Positions 32,623 through 32,969 of a stretch of 32,969 bases of DNA are shown here, in pieces (positions within the stretch are counted from its first letter, which is position 1; every line of letters starts with the position of its first letter). Made by a program: the position numbers and the translations under genes. A model generated the notes under the pieces. It was not told the DNA's origin and ran no database searches. It saw only the letters and a list, made by a program, of their open reading frames with translations. This stretch comes from a virus (lineage: Duplodnaviria; Caudoviricetes): IMG/VR virus record IMGVR_UViG_3300011338_000551, positions 1-32,969 of that record. One strand, given 5' to 3'.

Positions 32623-32969
32623 ATGTCGGTTAACTTATCACCAGTTGGCGGCGCTGCCGCGCAATTTTTTAACAATGTCGGCGTTCCTTTGGCTGGTGGT
32701 TTGATTTACACCTATTTGGCCGGAACCAACACACCCGAAGCCACTTACACCACCAGCGCGGGAACAATTGCACATTCCAATCCAATTGTTTTGGATTCTG
32801 CTGGCCGTGTTTCTAGTGGTGAAATTTGGTTAACAAATGGGCTGTCATACAAATTTATTTTAAGAGATTCTGCTGGCACGTTGCTTGGAACTTATGACAA
32901 TATTTCCCCAATAAATGATGCTGCATTTACAAGAATTGCAAATTTTACGGGTGACGGAACAACTGTAAA
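32623..32969 (+). CDS. 5' part of tailspike head-binding/adaptor protein (continues to 281 across the junction)
   Basis: AAGGGA RBS; MSVNLSPVGGAAAQFFNNVGVPLAGGLIYTYLAGTNTPEATY...NPIVLDSAGR...EIWL. Confidence 0.85.
   Translation, partial: MSVNLSPVGGAAAQFFNNVGVPLAGGLIYTYLAGTNTPEATYTTSAGTIAHSNPIVLDSAGRVSSGEIWLTNGLSYKFILRDSAGTLLGTYDNISPINDAAFTRIANFTGDGTTV
32843..32969 (+). repeat. Terminal overlap, copy 2 (likely k=127 assembly overlap)
   Basis: Identical to 1-127 and lies inside a CDS. Confidence 0.97.

Larger units (their letters stand above)
1..32969. mobile_element. Complete circular P22-like (podovirus) phage genome, about 32,842 bp unique
   Basis: The ends overlap exactly by 127 nt and one ORF continues in frame across the junction. 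Packaging, head, tail, ejection, lysis, recombination and replication modules are all present, with no host genes. Confidence 0.95.

Noticed and set aside
32843-32969. 127-bp terminal repeat as a biological direct terminal repeat
   Set aside because: The length equals a common assembler k-mer and it lies mid-gene. It indicates circular assembly, not virion ends.
1-32969. Stop-codon reassignment, or introns/inteins in terminase, portal or capsid
   Set aside because: Core genes are uninterrupted and of ordinary length under the standard code, and all three stop codons end genes.

Overview
The window is a complete, circularly assembled tailed-phage genome of about 32,842 bp. Bases 1-127 equal 32843-32969, which is consistent with an assembler overlap. 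Gene order is P22-like podovirus. The rightward late block runs terS-terL-portal-scaffold-coat-decoration, then a split multi-gene tail-fibre/spike module that wraps across the ends, then gp4/gp10-like tail proteins, three ejection proteins, and holins with an M15 endolysin. A leftward early block carries an LPD29-like gene, small cassettes, a lipoprotein, ERF, an RNAP alpha-CTD fusion, YqaJ exonuclease and an SSB-like gene. A rightward block carries cro, replication and nin-like genes. I found no integrase, CI/c2 repressor, Q antiterminator, spanin, tRNA or CRISPR. The most notable items are: a Cro-only switch with four P22-type operators and a leaderless cro; a structured RNA ahead of the replication initiator; a zeta-toxin-like kinase with rearranged motif order and an overlapping partner ORF; a phage-borne RNAP alpha-CTD fusion; a 19-bp repeat-bounded gene cassette; a dual-coding overlap; a possible modular fibre docking system; and strong apparent AGCT avoidance. 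All family calls come from motif recognition by eye, not from database searches.
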